From positions 75,268,001 to 75,332,000 of the forward strand of contig NC_079166.1 of the NCBI RefSeq assembly GCF_947568905.1: a stretch of 64,000 nucleotides of DNA. The letters are read 5' to 3'. The notes under the pieces were generated by a model that saw nothing but the letters and a program-made list of their open reading frames with translations, was not told the DNA's origin and made no database searches. Origin of the DNA: Ostrea edulis (taxonomy: Eukaryota). A program made the position numbers and the translations under genes. Of the stretch, positions 62,051 to 64,000 are shown piece after piece. Position 1 is the stretch's first letter; every line of letters begins with the position of its first letter.

Positions 62051-63971
62051 ATGGACTCAACCATTTTTGACATCGCTGCCGATAACAAACAGGAGATGGT
62101 AAGAACTATACTTCTGGAATAAATGCTTTTCTTATTATTATTTATTAGCATATATATTTATAAAATGGTTATTATCTTCTAACTGATGTATTGATGAATT
62201 ATTACAGAGTGAGTTTGTTGGGCGGAAAACGATCCTGAAAACGATCCAAAGAATTGAAATCATCAAAGAAAAACATGCAGGCGTCAACGTAAGTTTTGGA
62301 TGCTTAATGGATAAACAGTCCAGTGTGTTATTATGAGGTGAAATTGAATTGCAGATTCTGTATGTAAATCTTTATTTCCAGATGTTTCTGCCACCTTGGG
62401 CGACAGACGCCTATTTTCAATCCCTTCACAAACAGGAGACAAAGGTACATCACCAGTTCATCAGATTTGAACTAATCTTTTTTATATTCCTGAAGGCTGA
62501 CGTTTTGCTTTTTCTTTGATCCACACGTTAGCAACATTAGTGATATAGAATTAGTACTGTAAAATTAGCAATTTAACACTATAATGTTCTATCAGCAATG
62601 TAATACTAGTAATTTACATTAGTCATGCAATGCTAGTGATATAACTTAAATAGTAATCATATGTTATAAGTATTATAACATAGCTGGCAATGTTAAATGT
62701 ACATTAGTAAATAACTAATGTAATGCAAATAAAGCAGTCAGCCGGGTTCGATCGCCGATGGCCAGATATCTCAATATGGAAGACCACCTGACTAAATATT
62801 CAGGGGGCCAGGGTTCGAATCTCGGTCTGGTCCGTTGTATTTTCTCCCTTCCTGATACACAGTACTTAGTAGAACAGTGACACTAGACAGTATGCGTTTT
62901 AATCTGAAATAAGTTTCATGTCTGTTATAGAACTTCCACGTTCAGGAAAACATACCCGAGGATGACACTGAAGATGACAGTGAAGATGACAATGAAGAGC
63001 CTCTGCCATGGAAGCTATTCATGTTTAACATCGACACTTTTAAGATCCCGATTCAGGTATTTTTATTATTCGTTGCATTTGTGATACGAGTGACACCACG
63101 ATTGTCATTTAGGGTGTTAAGGATATGTATTATAATAAGCTGCTTTTTATCAGGAGAGAGAAAAGGACACTGTTGATCATGAAGAACTGGAAGACAACAC
63201 AAAACCGTCAATGTCACAAAGTTCTCCTGTCACCAATGTACATGTAAAACTGGTAAATATGCTTACAAATTACATTCATTTTATAACTTGAATTAACATA
63301 AATATTTCTAGGAATTCATAAACGTTTAATTCTATTATAAGAAAGTTCGAGAGTAGCACTGTAGGGATAATTTGTAATGGAAAAACGCATACTGCATTAT
63401 CTATGTTGTAAAAAGTCAGGGCATTGGTCCTTGATACAGTTATATGAAACTCTGTCAGGAAAAAGAACACAAAGTACATACATATAATGTCTTGCAATAC
63501 ACCGGAATATCGATATTGTATTGTCTCGCCCTAACAGATCACAGTTTGCTTTGAGATATAACATTGTAATGTAGTCTTATTCTTGATGGGTCATGACTTT
63601 GTAAATGCAGAGGATATAAATCCCCACATTTCCAGATATTGGGAATGTATAGTGCAGGTGTCTGTCACAAAAAGGTGTGCCCAGTATTACGCTGGCCGAA
63701 TTTAAAAAAAAAAGGATTATTGTAAACGTTTTTATTGTCAATGCCTGGATTGTAAAATGTGCAGAGCACCCCGAGTCGGAGTTGAATATATGCATTGAGT
63801 ATTTCTCGACTTGATTGTACTCCAATGATGTGGAAGGATATTGGTCTGTTAGGATTTAGGATAGCTCTATATGTCATGAATTTACAACAAAGATCGTATA
63901 AATTACAGGTGCCTAAACCAAAGAAGCACGGACTGCGACGAAGACTGTTGAAGTTTCTCGGAGTGGAATAA
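62051..63971 (+). CDS. Unrecognised small acidic protein gene, copy B (159 aa core)
   Basis: Exons 62051-62098, 62208-62288, 62382-62444, 62931-63056, 63154-63252 and 63909-63971. All splice sites retained, frame intact. A 12-nt in-frame indel lies in the acidic tract. Ends ..LLKFLGVE*. Confidence 0.68.
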
Positions 63972-64000
63972 AACACTCGTGGATACAATATCGAAATTAT

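Overview
AT-rich, repeat-dense eukaryotic (animal) genomic DNA. The repeat families look like those of a bivalve, probably an oyster (Crassostrea/Magallana); this is an inference from remembered repeat families, not a database result. From left to right: (1) 0-12 kb is transposon debris: nested TTAA/Kolobok-type MITEs, L2 and RTE LINE tails, Penelope-like fragments and minisatellites. (2) Two tandem class-A orphan GPCR paralogues with uninterrupted CDSs (+, ATG 12873 and 19678) are separated by a decayed Penelope-like reverse transcriptase. (3) A complete CNOT2 gene (CCR4-NOT subunit 2) on the - strand could be assembled by hand from 16 coding exons (48605 to 23913, 520 aa, all GT-AG, phases consistent). 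It contains a duplicated 62-nt exon (34238-34299 and 31382-31443) that behaves like a mutually exclusive pair. (4) A 138-N assembly gap at 52734-52871. (5) Two tandem copies (+, ATG 53333 and 62051) of an unrecognised small acidic-protein gene, head-to-head with CNOT2. Each has a perfect CRE upstream, and all of their coding introns appear to be phase 0, with possible micro-exons. The best leads are the CNOT2 mutually exclusive exons, the all-phase-0 gene pair, and the patchwork divergence of the GPCR pair. Most other ORFs in the track are spurious.
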